A stretch of DNA of 64,000 nt from Candidatus Doudnabacteria bacterium (GCA_037200925.1 JBBCGO010000001.1:888235-952234); one strand, 5' to 3'. Shown: positions 8,226 through 17,469, numbered from the stretch's first letter. Notes: generated by a model from the sequence alone, not told the origin. Made by a program: numbers and translations.

Positions 8226-10266
8226 TTACTCCAAGTGCACTAATGGCTGCGCCTGGATTTTTTGCTTCAAAAGAGGATAAGGATTTAAATTGATATCCTC
8301 ATTCAAAAGCTTTTCGGCATACACACGAGTCCGCTGGACCAGATCCAGATTCGTAAGATTGGCAATTTTGAAGTCATAACCTGACTGTTTCGTACCATAC
8401 AGATCGCCGGCTCCCCGGATCTGCAGGTCTTTTTCCGCCAGTTCAAACCCGTTGTTGCTTTCGACCAGGGCCTGTAATCGGGGATTGGCCAAGGAGTCCG
8501 GGTCGTCAGAAAACAGAAAACAATACGATTTATGTTCGCTTCGTCCCACCCGTCCGCGGAACTGGTGAAGCTGGGCCAGGCCGAAGCGCTCAGAACCTTC
8601 GATCATCATGACTGTGGCGTTGGGCACATCAACCCCGACTTCAATCACGGAGGTGGAAACCAAAATTTTTATAATATTGTCTTTGAACTGCTGCATAGTT
8701 TGTTCTTTGTCCGAAGGTCTCATTTTGCCGTGCAGCAGTCCGATTTTGAAGTTTGGAAAAATTTGCTCCGTCAGTTTTTTATATTCTGCGGCGGCGGATC
8801 TCACGCCCAATTTGTCCGACTCTTCGATCAGCGGACAGATCACAAAGGCCTGCCGGCCGGCTGAAATTTGCTTCGCTATAAATTCATAAGCCTTGGTCCG
8901 GTTTTCTTCCGATACTATTTTGGTTACGATCTTCTGCCGGCCGGCCGGCAGCTCTTTCAGCCGAGACAGATCCAGGTCGCCATAAAGCGTCAGCGCCAGG
9001 GTGCGGGGGATGGGCGTTGCGCTCATGGTCAGCAAATGGGTATTGTTGAGCTGTTTTAAAATAGAGCGCTGTTCAACTCCGAACCGATGCTGTTCGTCTA
9101 TCACGACCAATGCCAGTTTTGAAAATTTGATGTCTTTTTCCAGCAAAGCGTGAGTGCCTAAAATGATCTTCGTCTTGCCGGAAGTGATGGCGGCCAAGAG
9201 CGTATCTTTGGAAACCGGATTGCCGTTCAGGCGGCTTTGGGATGAGGTCAAAAGGCCCAGATCAAACCCGTCGTTTTTAAAAAGCTCAAGAAAGGTAGCG
9301 TAATGCTGGGAGGCCAGGATCTCGGTCGGGGAGAGCAAGGCCGTTTGCAGGCTGTTTTTGGCAACCACAAAGCTTGCCAGTGCGACAATAATGGTTTTGC
9401 CGCTTCCGACATCGCCTTCCAGCAGCCGATTGGCGGGATAAGGGCGGGAAAAATCCGCAATGATCTCGGTCAGAGCGGTTTTTTTGTCCTTCTGTGAGGC
9501 CAAAAGGCAGGCTGCTTATTTTCTCCGTCAGGTCAATACCGGTGTTAATTTTTAGGGAAGATCTCTGCTCGCGTTTTTTTTTTGTATTGCAGAACCCGCA
9601 ACTGGGTCTTGAAAATTTCATCAAATGCCAGCCGGTTCTGAGCATGATTCAGCGAACCGTAATCTTGGGGGAAATGGAAAGTTTTAACTGCCCGGTTTTC
9701 ATCCGATAATTTTTCGGTTTTCAATATTTCTCTCGGCAGATATTCGGGAATCATGATCTTATCCAGATAAGTTTTGATTATGGAGCGAAGTTGTTTTTGC
9801 GTCAGATTAGCGGTCAGGGAATAAAGCGGAACGAGGCGTGAAGTGTGGATCTGTTCGTTTTTTTCCTGCTCGTAAATTGGATTTTGAAGCTGCAGCTTGT
9901 TTTTACTGACAGCGACCTTTCCGGAAAAAATAAAATACTCGTTTTTTTTGAGCACTTTGGCCAAAAACGGCTGATGAACCAAACGCAAAGCATGCTTGCT
10001 GAATCGTCCTCGATCAAAGCCTGCGTCAGGGTAAAACGGCGCACTTTGGTACGGAAGCTTTTGACATCCAGGATTTTGGCTTTGACATTGGCGTTGTCTC
10101 CTGCTTTCAGATCGGCGATCGAAGTGAACTTTGACAGATCCTGGTGGGTGCGGGGAAAATAAAAAAGCAGGTCCTCAAGCGTGTTGATGCCAAGGTTTTT
10201 TAAAAGCTTAGCGCGCGCCGGACCCACTAAGTAAAGTTGTTCTACTGGGGTATTAAGATCAAACAT
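8226..10266 (-). pseudogene. recG: ATP-dependent DNA helicase RecG interrupted by three frameshifts
   Basis: N-terminal LYLVGPARAKLLKNLGI..LEDLLFYFPR, GDVGSGKT, DEQHRFG, MSATPIPRTL and QLHQFRGRVGR motifs. The reading frame changes at ~9975 (1-nt loss), 9574-9583 (T10) and 9479-9485 (T7). Confidence 0.85.
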
Positions 10267-10281
10267 TGTTAACGGTATTCT

Positions 10282-10356
10282 TGGTGCGCCCGCGAGGAAT
10301 CGAACCTCGATTACAAGCTCCGCAAGCTTGAGTCCTATCCGTTGAACGACGGGCGC
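10282..10356 (-). tRNA. tRNA-Arg (anticodon GCG)
   Basis: Cloverleaf GCGCCCG...CGGGCGC-A-CCA, anticodon arm CAAGC-TTGCGGA-GCTTG, T-loop GGTTCGATTCC. Confidence 0.92.
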
Positions 10357-10372
10357 TCGTCGCTAAATCTTA

Positions 10373-10852
10373 TCAAATCTTCAGGTTTCTGGCCAGAGTG
10401 TCCGTGAATGACTCTTCGCGGTCCAGATCTTCAGGGATATATTGATTCAAAAATAATTTTAGTTCCACCGGATCCTGGCTGCCCAATTCCAGGCTGATCT
10501 GGCTGTTCAGGTAAGCCGAAGTCTCAAAATTCAAAGTTTTTACAGTCGGCGGGTTGTAAATGATCCAGAAAGTTTTAACGGTTTTGTAGGGATAAACAAT
10601 GCCGCCCGAAACGATGCCCGTTTTGCTGGCTTTAAAGATCAAGGTTTTGGGTTGCTGTGAGGTGAACAGCAAAACCGAGAAGATGATGACCACGAAAGTT
10701 ACGACCATGAGAATACTGTGGTTATATATGCCGAAAATAATCAATGCGAGAGAGATGAATCCAAAACTTAAATACCAAACGGGCGGCCGTGATTGCCTCG
10801 TTTGGCTTAAAGCTTTCCAGGTTATGGTTTCGGGAAGTTTTTTATTTTCCAT
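10373..10852 (-). CDS. Hypothetical membrane protein
   Basis: Start re-set to MENKK because the longer ORF overlaps tRNA-Ser. Two TM helices followed by a small PH-like-looking soluble region. Confidence 0.75.
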   Translation of the reverse strand: MENKKLPETITWKALSQTRQSRPPVWYLSFGFISLALIIFGIYNHSILMVVTFVVIIFSVLLFTSQQPKTLIFKASKTGIVSGGIVYPYKTVKTFWIIYNPPTVKTLNFETSAYLNSQISLELGSQDPVELKLFLNQYIPEDLDREESFTDTLARNLKI

Positions 10853-10859
10853 AAATTTT

Positions 10860-10949
10860 TGGCGGTGGGGGCGAGATTCGAACTCGCGGTCGGCTTTCAC
10901 CGACTCCGGTTTTCAAGACCGGTGCACTAAACCGCTATGCGACCCCACC
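10860..10949 (-). tRNA. tRNA-Ser (anticodon TGA)
   Basis: GGTGGGG...CCCCACC-G-CCA, anticodon arm CCGGT-CTTGAAA-ACCGG, long variable arm. Confidence 0.95.
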
Positions 10950-11078
10950 GCATTAATTTTACCATTATTTTGATAGATAAGAAAAGACCCGCGTTTCCGC
11001 GGCCTTTTCCTCATATGAGTTTCTTTCCTTAGACGAATTTAATTATGGACAATCCATAATTAGAAAATTTAAATACGC

Positions 11079-12143
11079 TTACTGTGAGGCAGGAGTGGTG
11101 TCTGCGGCTGGGGTTTCAGTTTTAGCATCATCAACTGGTTTAGAATCGGATGTTTTAGCATCAGTTGCTTTAGGGTCAGGTTGGGTAACTGTTGTAGGGT
11201 CTTGAGTTAAAGTAATTGTCTGGGCGTATGTTTTATTGTCTTTGATGATTCCGTCAATATCCACCTGTTGATCGATAGTTAGATCGGCGGCTGTTGTATT
11301 TACGTATGCCGTATCTTTGGAAACCAGGAATTTGGCCGAGCCAATGCTGACATAGGTGTTTGTTACGGCGGTAAGTTTGCCTTGCGCCGAAACCGAATTA
11401 TCAGAGCTATTGGAATTGTCATCTGCTTTTGCGCCAGCCAGCTGGATGTTCGCAATAGTTTGTTCCAGTTCGATCTTGACCTCGCCTTCGCTGGTAATGG
11501 AAGCAACCTTGAGCTTGTTGGAAAGATCCGCGAGCTTGGTGGCAATTGCGGCCTTCGGCTGCTGACCGCTTGCATTAGCTGCAGCAGTTGCGGTTTTTTG
11601 CAGGTCCTTAACGGTGTCAGACACGATCTTTTGGGCTGTTTTGTCCGAGATCTGGCCGTCCTGCTGCTGTTGCAGGACCTGCTGGAGCTCGTCCACGCGA
11701 TTGTTGGCAAACTGGATCTGCAGGGAAGATTGCTGGTCAGCCGGAGCCAGTTTCAACTGGATATTTTCAACCACTTTTTTCAGCGGATATATTGCTTGTC
11801 CAGGCACGCTGTTTAAGGCAGCTACAGACGTACCCAAGGTCAGGCTGATAACGATCAAAACGCTGCCCAGGACCACGGTGCCGATGCGCAGCAACCTTGG
11901 GACGGTTGCTACGAACCATCCGGATTCTTGTCTATCCTCTTGGCGAGCAGCAATGCGGTCAAGGATCTGGTTTTTCACCCGCATAAAATCAAAATTTGGG
12001 ATATGGGCTTTGGGCAGGCTGTTGAGTTGCGAAAGCAAAGTTAGCAATCCGGAAGTTTTGCGGTCTTTTTTATAATCAGAAACATCGCCGTTAGTTTTCA
12101 AACGGTCGATGATCTCATCAAGTTTGTCCTGGTCTGGTTCCAT
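11079..12143 (-). CDS. Putative anti-sigma factor (DUF5667-like, with a C-terminal DUF5666-like region)
   Basis: Immediately downstream of an ECF sigma. TM segment followed by the S.PG..IYPLK...E.I.L.LA and FA..RVDEL motifs. Confidence 0.7.
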   Translation of the reverse strand: MEPDQDKLDEIIDRLKTNGDVSDYKKDRKTSGLLTLLSQLNSLPKAHIPNFDFMRVKNQILDRIAARQEDRQESGWFVATVPRLLRIGTVVLGSVLIVISLTLGTSVAALNSVPGQAIYPLKKVVENIQLKLAPADQQSSLQIQFANNRVDELQQVLQQQQDGQISDKTAQKIVSDTVKDLQKTATAAANASGQQPKAAIATKLADLSNKLKVASITSEGEVKIELEQTIANIQLAGAKADDNSNSSDNSVSAQGKLTAVTNTYVSIGSAKFLVSKDTAYVNTTAADLTIDQQVDIDGIIKDNKTYAQTITLTQDPTTVTQPDPKATDAKTSDSKPVDDAKTETPAADTTPASQ

Positions 12144-12144
12144 A

Positions 12145-12684
12145 TTATTGCTTATTTTTCAAAAGTTCTTTAAGTTTCGCAATTGCGCGGTGCTGAAGCA
12201 CTCGGACTGAGCCTTCGGTCTTTCCCATAATATAGGAAATTTCTTCATTTGAAAGGTCTTCAAAAAATCTGTATTTGATGATTTGCTGCTGATCCTGCGG
12301 GAGTTGGTTCAGGACATTGAGGATCTTGTTCTGCTGAAAGCTGAGATTCACGGAATCAACTGAACTGGCTTCATCTACCAAAAATTCTTCCACTTCTGAC
12401 AGGGCGATCAGTTCCTTTTTCAACCTATAGTAATCTATAATGTTGTTTTTGGCAATCTGGTAGAGCCACCCTGACAGGGCGCCGGGGGAATTGATCTGAT
12501 TGATCTTCTCCCAGCTTTTGACAAAAGTATCGGATAAAACGTCCTCTGCCACTTCTTTGTGGCCGACCCGGAAGTAGATGAACCGGTAGATCTTATCGGC
12601 AAAGTGGTCATAGATCCGGCCAAATGCGTCTTGGTCGCCGGATTGCGCCTTTTGCAGCCAATTTTTTAATTCTTCTTCCGTCAT
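12145..12684 (-). CDS. ECF-type RNA polymerase sigma-70 factor
   Basis: AQSGDQDAFGRIYD, AEDVLSDTF.K.W, WLYQIAKN and region 4 LSNEEIS..MGKTEGSVRVLQHRA. Confidence 0.92.
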   Translation of the reverse strand: MTEEELKNWLQKAQSGDQDAFGRIYDHFADKIYRFIYFRVGHKEVAEDVLSDTFVKSWEKINQINSPGALSGWLYQIAKNNIIDYYRLKKELIALSEVEEFLVDEASSVDSVNLSFQQNKILNVLNQLPQDQQQIIKYRFFEDLSNEEISYIMGKTEGSVRVLQHRAIAKLKELLKNKQ

Positions 12685-12690
12685 AGTTTA

Positions 12691-12717
12691 AGACGATTAT
12701 TCAGGTAAAATGTTACA
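12691..12717 (-). promoter_or_regulatory. Putative ECF-dependent autoregulatory promoter
   Basis: Minus strand reads TGTAAC-N16-CGTCT, ending 6 nt before the sigma ATG. Matches the AAC/CGT ECF promoter consensus. Confidence 0.7.
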
Positions 12718-12794
12718 AAGCCAGATTTTATTTTACCATAAATTGCGTAAATTGACTTTTAACCCAATTTAAGCCAAAATTAGCTGTAATAACT

Positions 12795-12850
12795 CTGTCA
12801 TTCCGGACTTGATCCGGAATCCAGATCCTGAAACAAGTTCAGGATGACAG
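12795..12850. repeat. RPE/REP-like palindromic element (intergenic copy)
   Basis: CTGTCATTCCGGACTTGATCCGGAATCCAG-ATCCTGAAACAAGTTCAGGATGACAG. Related copies at 24079 and 33803. Confidence 0.8.
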
Positions 12851-12858
12851 GGCGACGA

Positions 12859-12950
12859 GGAGAGTTGGCCGAGTGGCTTAAGGCAGTGGATTGCTAATCC
12901 ACGGGTGTCTAAAAAACGCCGCACAGGTTCGAATCCTGTACTCTCCGCCA
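12859..12950 (+). tRNA. tRNA-Ser (anticodon GCT)
   Basis: GGAGAGT...ACTCTCC-G-CCA, anticodon arm GTGGA-TTGCTAA-TCCAC, long variable arm. Confidence 0.95.
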
Positions 12951-13112
12951 ATAAGAATTAGATGAATTTAATCGGATTCGAACGGGTTGAAGCGAGACAA
13001 GTCATCAGACGAAGTCGAGCGTCGACAAACGCGAGCAAGCGCAGCGTTTGGCGCAACCCAGTCCGCGCGAGCATCAGCGAGCGCTGAAGAATCCTGTACT
13101 CTCCGCCAATAA
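12951..13112 (+). mobile_element. tRNA-associated mini-element flanked by a direct repeat of the tRNA-Ser 3' end
   Basis: GAATCCTGTACTCTCCGCCAATAA occurs at 12931-12954 and again at 13089-13112. The interior is palindromic. Confidence 0.65.
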
Positions 13113-13126
13113 AATTTAAGTTTACA

Positions 13127-13333
13127 ATGAATAAAAGGCATACAGTGTATCACAAAGACGGCAGTGTTTGGGCCAAAGGTAAAATGTCGGGCAGCGTACC
13201 GGATGGTTATTGGGAATGGTTCCGGAAAGACAGGACAAAAATGCGGTCCGGATATTTTAAAAAAGGCAAACAAACCGGAAAATGGACCACTTATGATAGA
13301 ACCGGAAAAGTGGTCAAGGTAACTAATTTTTAA
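13127..13333 (+). CDS. Small MORN-variant/YwqK-like repeat protein
   Basis: Repeats of Y.KDG..W.KG....P.G.WEWF.KD.....SG.F..GK..GKW..YD..G. Confidence 0.75.
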   Translation: MNKRHTVYHKDGSVWAKGKMSGSVPDGYWEWFRKDRTKMRSGYFKKGKQTGKWTTYDRTGKVVKVTNF

Positions 13334-13345
13334 TTTTTTTGGACC

Positions 13346-14056
13346 TTACCCGTGCGCGGCGGTCAGGAGCCAGACTTCCTGTGCGTGATCATGTTTCAAA
13401 AGTTTTGCCAGTTCATTGGCTGTAGATCCTGAAGTGACCACATCATCCACCAGCAGGATCTTTTTGTTTGATGCATCGCCGATCAAACCAAAGGCGTTTT
13501 CCATGTTACGTTTTCGTTCTTCTGCTTTGAGTTTGACTTGCGGCTTTGTGAATTTTTGTCGCAACACAAGTTTATTGTCCACGTTGAGTTGCAGGTTTTC
13601 AGCAAGTTTACCGGCTAATAATTCTGCCTGATTGAAGCCGCGCCAGTTGAAGCGACGGGCATGCAATGGCACTGGAACAATGGTAAAGTCCCGGAAATAT
13701 TCGGCCAGCTCCTGCTTTTTTATCTCTTCCAAAATTGTTTCAGCCAGAGGAAGGCTTAGGTCGGAAATAAAGTTGTATTTGAAAGTCTCAATGATCTTAT
13801 TGACTTGCCGGTCTTTGTAGGGAAGAGCTGCAATACTGCCGTCTATTGTGTTTTTGGTTTTGCAACTAAGGTGCGTTTTGCCGAAAGGCGAAGCTGTCTG
13901 GCAGACAAGGCACTGCTGCTTATCCAATCTCGGCAATTCCGTAAGGCACTTATCGCAAAGATACAAGCCGTCCGCGCCGCAGAGGAGGCAAGAGATCGGA
14001 AAAAGCAGGTCAAGAAATTCTTGGCCTGCTTTTTTGAGGATATTTTTTACATCCAT
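13346..14056 (-). CDS. comF: ComF family competence protein (zinc ribbon + PRTase)
   Basis: LDLLFP..C..C, VPVPLH..R...RGFNQAELL and ILLVDDVVTSGST motifs. Confidence 0.92.
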   Translation of the reverse strand: MDVKNILKKAGQEFLDLLFPISCLLCGADGLYLCDKCLTELPRLDKQQCLVCQTASPFGKTHLSCKTKNTIDGSIAALPYKDRQVNKIIETFKYNFISDLSLPLAETILEEIKKQELAEYFRDFTIVPVPLHARRFNWRGFNQAELLAGKLAENLQLNVDNKLVLRQKFTKPQVKLKAEERKRNMENAFGLIGDASNKKILLVDDVVTSGSTANELAKLLKHDHAQEVWLLTAAHG

Positions 14057-16576
14057 TTATGCCCGTGCTAATTCAACCTGTTTGATCTGGATAGCATCAT
14101 TAGCAACCGTGATCTTCGCCTCCGACATTTCGGCGATTTCACCGGTAATGATCTTTTCAGCCAGAGTGTCTTCGATCGTTTCCTGAATGTTGCGGCGGAT
14201 GAGACGCGCGCCTTGCGCCGGATCGTAACTTTTATCCGCTATGAACTTCAGCACTTCGCGGTCAAATGATAGGGTTATATTTTGCTGTTTTAATATCCGC
14301 TCCACCAGCCGGTTCAGTTCCAGGCTGACGATCTTCCGGATCTCTTCCATTCCCAAGGGGCGGAAAACAATGATCTTGTCGATACGATTGAGAAGCTCGG
14401 GCCGCATAGCCTCGCGCAGCGAAGATAAAACCTTGTCTTTCACCCGGTCGTATTCATGTTCGGCTTTTACCCGCACGTCCTCCTCGGTTTGGGTATTGCG
14501 GTCCTGCGAAAAGCCAAAGCTGCCGGCAGTGCGGGTCAGTTCGCTCATTCCGATGTTGGAGGTCATGATGACCACAGTGTTGCGGAAGTTGATCCTTTTT
14601 CCCGCCGCATCCGTCAGCTCGCCCTCTTCCAGGATCTGTAAAAGAATGTTGAATACGTCAGGGTGCGCTTTTTCAATTTCATCGAACAGGATCACGGCAT
14701 AGGGTTTTTTGCGTATCTCTTCGGTCAGCCGGCCGCCTTCCTCATAGCCAACGTAGCCGGCTGGCGCGCCGATCAATCTTGCCACATTGTGCCGTTCCAT
14801 GAATTCGGACATATCCACGCGCACCAGAGCGTCTTTGTTCTCAAACACTTCTTCAGCCAAAGCCTTGGCGGTCTCGGTCTTTCCCACGCCCGTAGGGCCT
14901 AAGAAAAGGAAAGAGGCGATAGGCCGTTTGGGTGAGGCGATACCTGCTCTGGAGCGCCTGATGGCCGAAGCGATCTGTTTGGTGGCCTCGTCCTGGCCCA
15001 CGATGCGGGTCTGCAGGGTTTTTTCCAGGCCGATAAGTTTTTTGCTCTCGGATTTTAGAAGTTTGGTCAGCGGGATCTTTGTGATATTAGAAACAGTACG
15101 GCCGATATCCTCAGCAGTGATCTGTATGTTGGCGGAGGTCTTGCGGCCCAGGGTTTTTTGGTATTCCTGTTTCTGTTTTTTCAGCTTGTCTTCCTGCGAC
15201 TTTAAATGCAGCGCTGTGGTGAAATCCTGCAGCATCACAGCTTTGGTCTTTTCCTCTTCCAGGCGCTTCAGTTCACTTTCGATCTTTTTCACGACCCGGA
15301 TATTGCGGGTCTTGGTGTTCAAAGTTTTGCTGTACGCCGCGGTTTCGTCGATCAGGTCCAGGGCCTTATCGGGCAGAAAACGGTCGGTCAGATAACGGGA
15401 CGACAGTTCCACAGCCGCTTTGATGGCTTCATCTGTGATCACGACATTATGGTGGCGCTCGTAATTTTCCCGAAGGCCACTTAAGATCTCCAAAGATTCT
15501 TCGTTGGACGGCTCTTCCACCAGGATCGGCTGGAAGCGCCTTTCCAGCGCCGCATCATGCTCAATGTGTTTTTTATATTCAGAAAGGGTTGTGGCCCCGA
15601 TCACTCGGATCTCGCCGCGGGCCAGCGCAGGCTTTAAGATATTGGCCGCATCCAAAGAACCGGTCGTAGCTCCTGCTCCGACAATGGTGTGCAGTTCGTC
15701 AATGAATAAAATGATGTTTGAATTGTCCCTGACTTCATCGATAACTTGTTTTAAACGTTGTTCAAATTCTCCGCGGAACATAGAGCCGGCCACGACCAGC
15801 GCCATGTCCAAAGTCAGGATCTTTTTATCAGCCAGCGTATCCGGGATCTCCTGTTTGGAAATGGCCAGAGCCAGGCCTTCAACGATCGCGGTTTTGCCGA
15901 CCCCCGGTTCGCCGATCAGCACGGGGTTATTTTTGGTGCGGCGATTAAGAATGGAGATCAGGCGTTCTATCTCGTTCTTGCGGCCGATGACCGGATCGAT
16001 CTTGCCCTTCAGAGCTTTTTTGGAAAGGTCCGAGGTGAAATAATCCAGAGCCGGCGTCTTGGTATTTTTTTCAGGAGCGGGCAATTCCGCCTGCTCGTCG
16101 ACATTCAGCAGATCGGGAAACCTGGAAACATTCTCAAAAATTGACAGCAGATTTTTCCGCAGCTCAGACACTGAAACTTTCAGACCCAGCAGCATGGTTT
16201 TCGCTTCGTCGGTCTCCATGTCCGTGATCCCATACAAAAAGTGCTCAGTGCCGATGAACTGGTATTGGTAGCGGCTGGCGATGATGGCGGCCTTCTCAAT
16301 GACCTCGCGCAGATTGTTGGAGAGCTTCGGCTGCCATTTATCAGAGATATGGTTTTGGTTCAGGCTGATGATCTGCTGCTTGACGGTTTCGCCGTTCACG
16401 CGGCTTTTCAGCAGGATTTCCGAGGCAAACGAAGCCTTCTCCTCTACGATGCCGTAAAGCAGATGCTCGGTACCGATGTGGTCATGGTGCAGATCTTCGG
16501 AAATGCGCTGTGAAGTTATCAAGGCGCTTTTCGCCCGACTGGATAGCCGTTCTAGAATAAATGAAAAGTGGTTCAT
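14057..16576 (-). CDS. clpC: ATP-dependent Clp protease ATP-binding subunit ClpC
   Basis: Clp-N repeats (IGTEHLL), two AAA modules (GEPGVGKT, GPTGVGKT) and a UVR-like middle coil. Confidence 0.93.
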   Translation of the reverse strand: MNHFSFILERLSSRAKSALITSQRISEDLHHDHIGTEHLLYGIVEEKASFASEILLKSRVNGETVKQQIISLNQNHISDKWQPKLSNNLREVIEKAAIIASRYQYQFIGTEHFLYGITDMETDEAKTMLLGLKVSVSELRKNLLSIFENVSRFPDLLNVDEQAELPAPEKNTKTPALDYFTSDLSKKALKGKIDPVIGRKNEIERLISILNRRTKNNPVLIGEPGVGKTAIVEGLALAISKQEIPDTLADKKILTLDMALVVAGSMFRGEFEQRLKQVIDEVRDNSNIILFIDELHTIVGAGATTGSLDAANILKPALARGEIRVIGATTLSEYKKHIEHDAALERRFQPILVEEPSNEESLEILSGLRENYERHHNVVITDEAIKAAVELSSRYLTDRFLPDKALDLIDETAAYSKTLNTKTRNIRVVKKIESELKRLEEEKTKAVMLQDFTTALHLKSQEDKLKKQKQEYQKTLGRKTSANIQITAEDIGRTVSNITKIPLTKLLKSESKKLIGLEKTLQTRIVGQDEATKQIASAIRRSRAGIASPKRPIASFLFLGPTGVGKTETAKALAEEVFENKDALVRVDMSEFMERHNVARLIGAPAGYVGYEEGGRLTEEIRKKPYAVILFDEIEKAHPDVFNILLQILEEGELTDAAGKRINFRNTVVIMTSNIGMSELTRTAGSFGFSQDRNTQTEEDVRVKAEHEYDRVKDKVLSSLREAMRPELLNRIDKIIVFRPLGMEEIRKIVSLELNRLVERILKQQNITLSFDREVLKFIADKSYDPAQGARLIRRNIQETIEDTLAEKIITGEIAEMSEAKITVANDAIQIKQVELARA

Positions 16577-16621
16577 AAAGGGTTATACTATATATGTATT
16601 ATACCATGTGTGTCAAGCCAT

Positions 16622-17041
16622 ATGAATATCGAAGAAAAAGCCAAAAGTTTGCTTAAGATCCGGCCTCACCATTCGGAAGAACTGGCGAAAAAACTTCTGA
16701 TGCGCGGTTTTGACCGTGAGCAGGTCAATGCCGTTATTGCTAAATTAACAGATGAAAAGCTGATTGACAATCAGCAGTTTGCACAAAATTATTTGGACAG
16801 TTTGATAAGATATAAAAGTTTTGGTTTCTACGGTCTCAAGGCCAAACTGATGCAGCGGGGGATTGATGGCAAAGATGCGGAAGCTTTGTTGAAAGAAAAT
16901 TTGCCCATTGAGACAGAAAAAGAAATCGCCCTGAAAGCGGTTGAAAAATCGCAAGAAAAAGATAAAGCGAAACTGGCTCAAAAATTGTCCAGGAAAGGGT
17001 TTCGGAGCGAGGTGATTAGGGAAGTGGTCAAAACAAAATGA
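16622..17041 (+). CDS. recX: Regulatory protein RecX
   Basis: LL..RPHHSEEL..KL..RGF, LIDNQQFA, G...LK.KL.QRGI and L.RKGF repeats. Confidence 0.85.
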   Translation: MNIEEKAKSLLKIRPHHSEELAKKLLMRGFDREQVNAVIAKLTDEKLIDNQQFAQNYLDSLIRYKSFGFYGLKAKLMQRGIDGKDAEALLKENLPIETEKEIALKAVEKSQEKDKAKLAQKLSRKGFRSEVIREVVKTK

Positions 17042-17082
17042 TTATGATAGCATAAGCAAACAAAACAGAAGAAGGGATTTGT

Positions 17083-17430
17083 ATGGATGTAGATGCGGTC
17101 ATCAAATACCTGCAGGTGACGCAGCAGGATTTGAGTTGGATCACTCCGCCAAATTGGTCAGGACGCCGATATGTCGCTTATGAGATCTATGGAACTTTTA
17201 GAATAAGCGGATTTAACCGGTCATGCCCGCTGTCGCGGATCATAGATCAAGGCGTAGATCGATTAAATAGATTTGTGCCAGTCCCGGAACAAAAAAGGAT
17301 CATCCAGGCTTCTTTTGCGGTAACAGATTTTTTTGATCTTACTTCGAACCACAACACGATGCTTCGAAGAATTAGCCGTCAAGAACTGGAATTTGAAGTT
17401 TCGACGCATCCATTTTTGCCGTTCACATAA
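17083..17430 (+). CDS. Hypothetical protein (ORFan)
   Basis: 115-aa ORF with a purine-rich RBS and a terminator hairpin right after the stop. Confidence 0.6.
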   Translation: MDVDAVIKYLQVTQQDLSWITPPNWSGRRYVAYEIYGTFRISGFNRSCPLSRIIDQGVDRLNRFVPVPEQKRIIQASFAVTDFFDLTSNHNTMLRRISRQELEFEVSTHPFLPFT

Positions 17431-17469
17431 GAGAAAGCGCTGTGCTTTTCTCTTTTTTATTACTGCATT

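Noticed and set aside
9286-9988. Separate genes for the 147-aa and 119-aa ORFs
   Set aside because: They are frame-shifted segments of recG.
10853-10900. N-terminal extension MKADREFESRPHRQKF of the 175-aa ORF
   Set aside because: It overlaps tRNA-Ser(TGA); the real start is more plausibly 10852.
12769-13273. Minus-strand ORFs 12769-12951 and 12968-13273
   Set aside because: They are antisense readings of tRNA-Ser, the palindromic repeats and the MORN-like gene.
14241-16513. Multiple plus-strand ORFs (up to 202 aa) opposite clpC, and similar shadows opposite dnaE, prfA, rpsB and the ABC transporter
   Set aside because: Antisense shadow ORFs of well-conserved genes, with no motifs or RBS.
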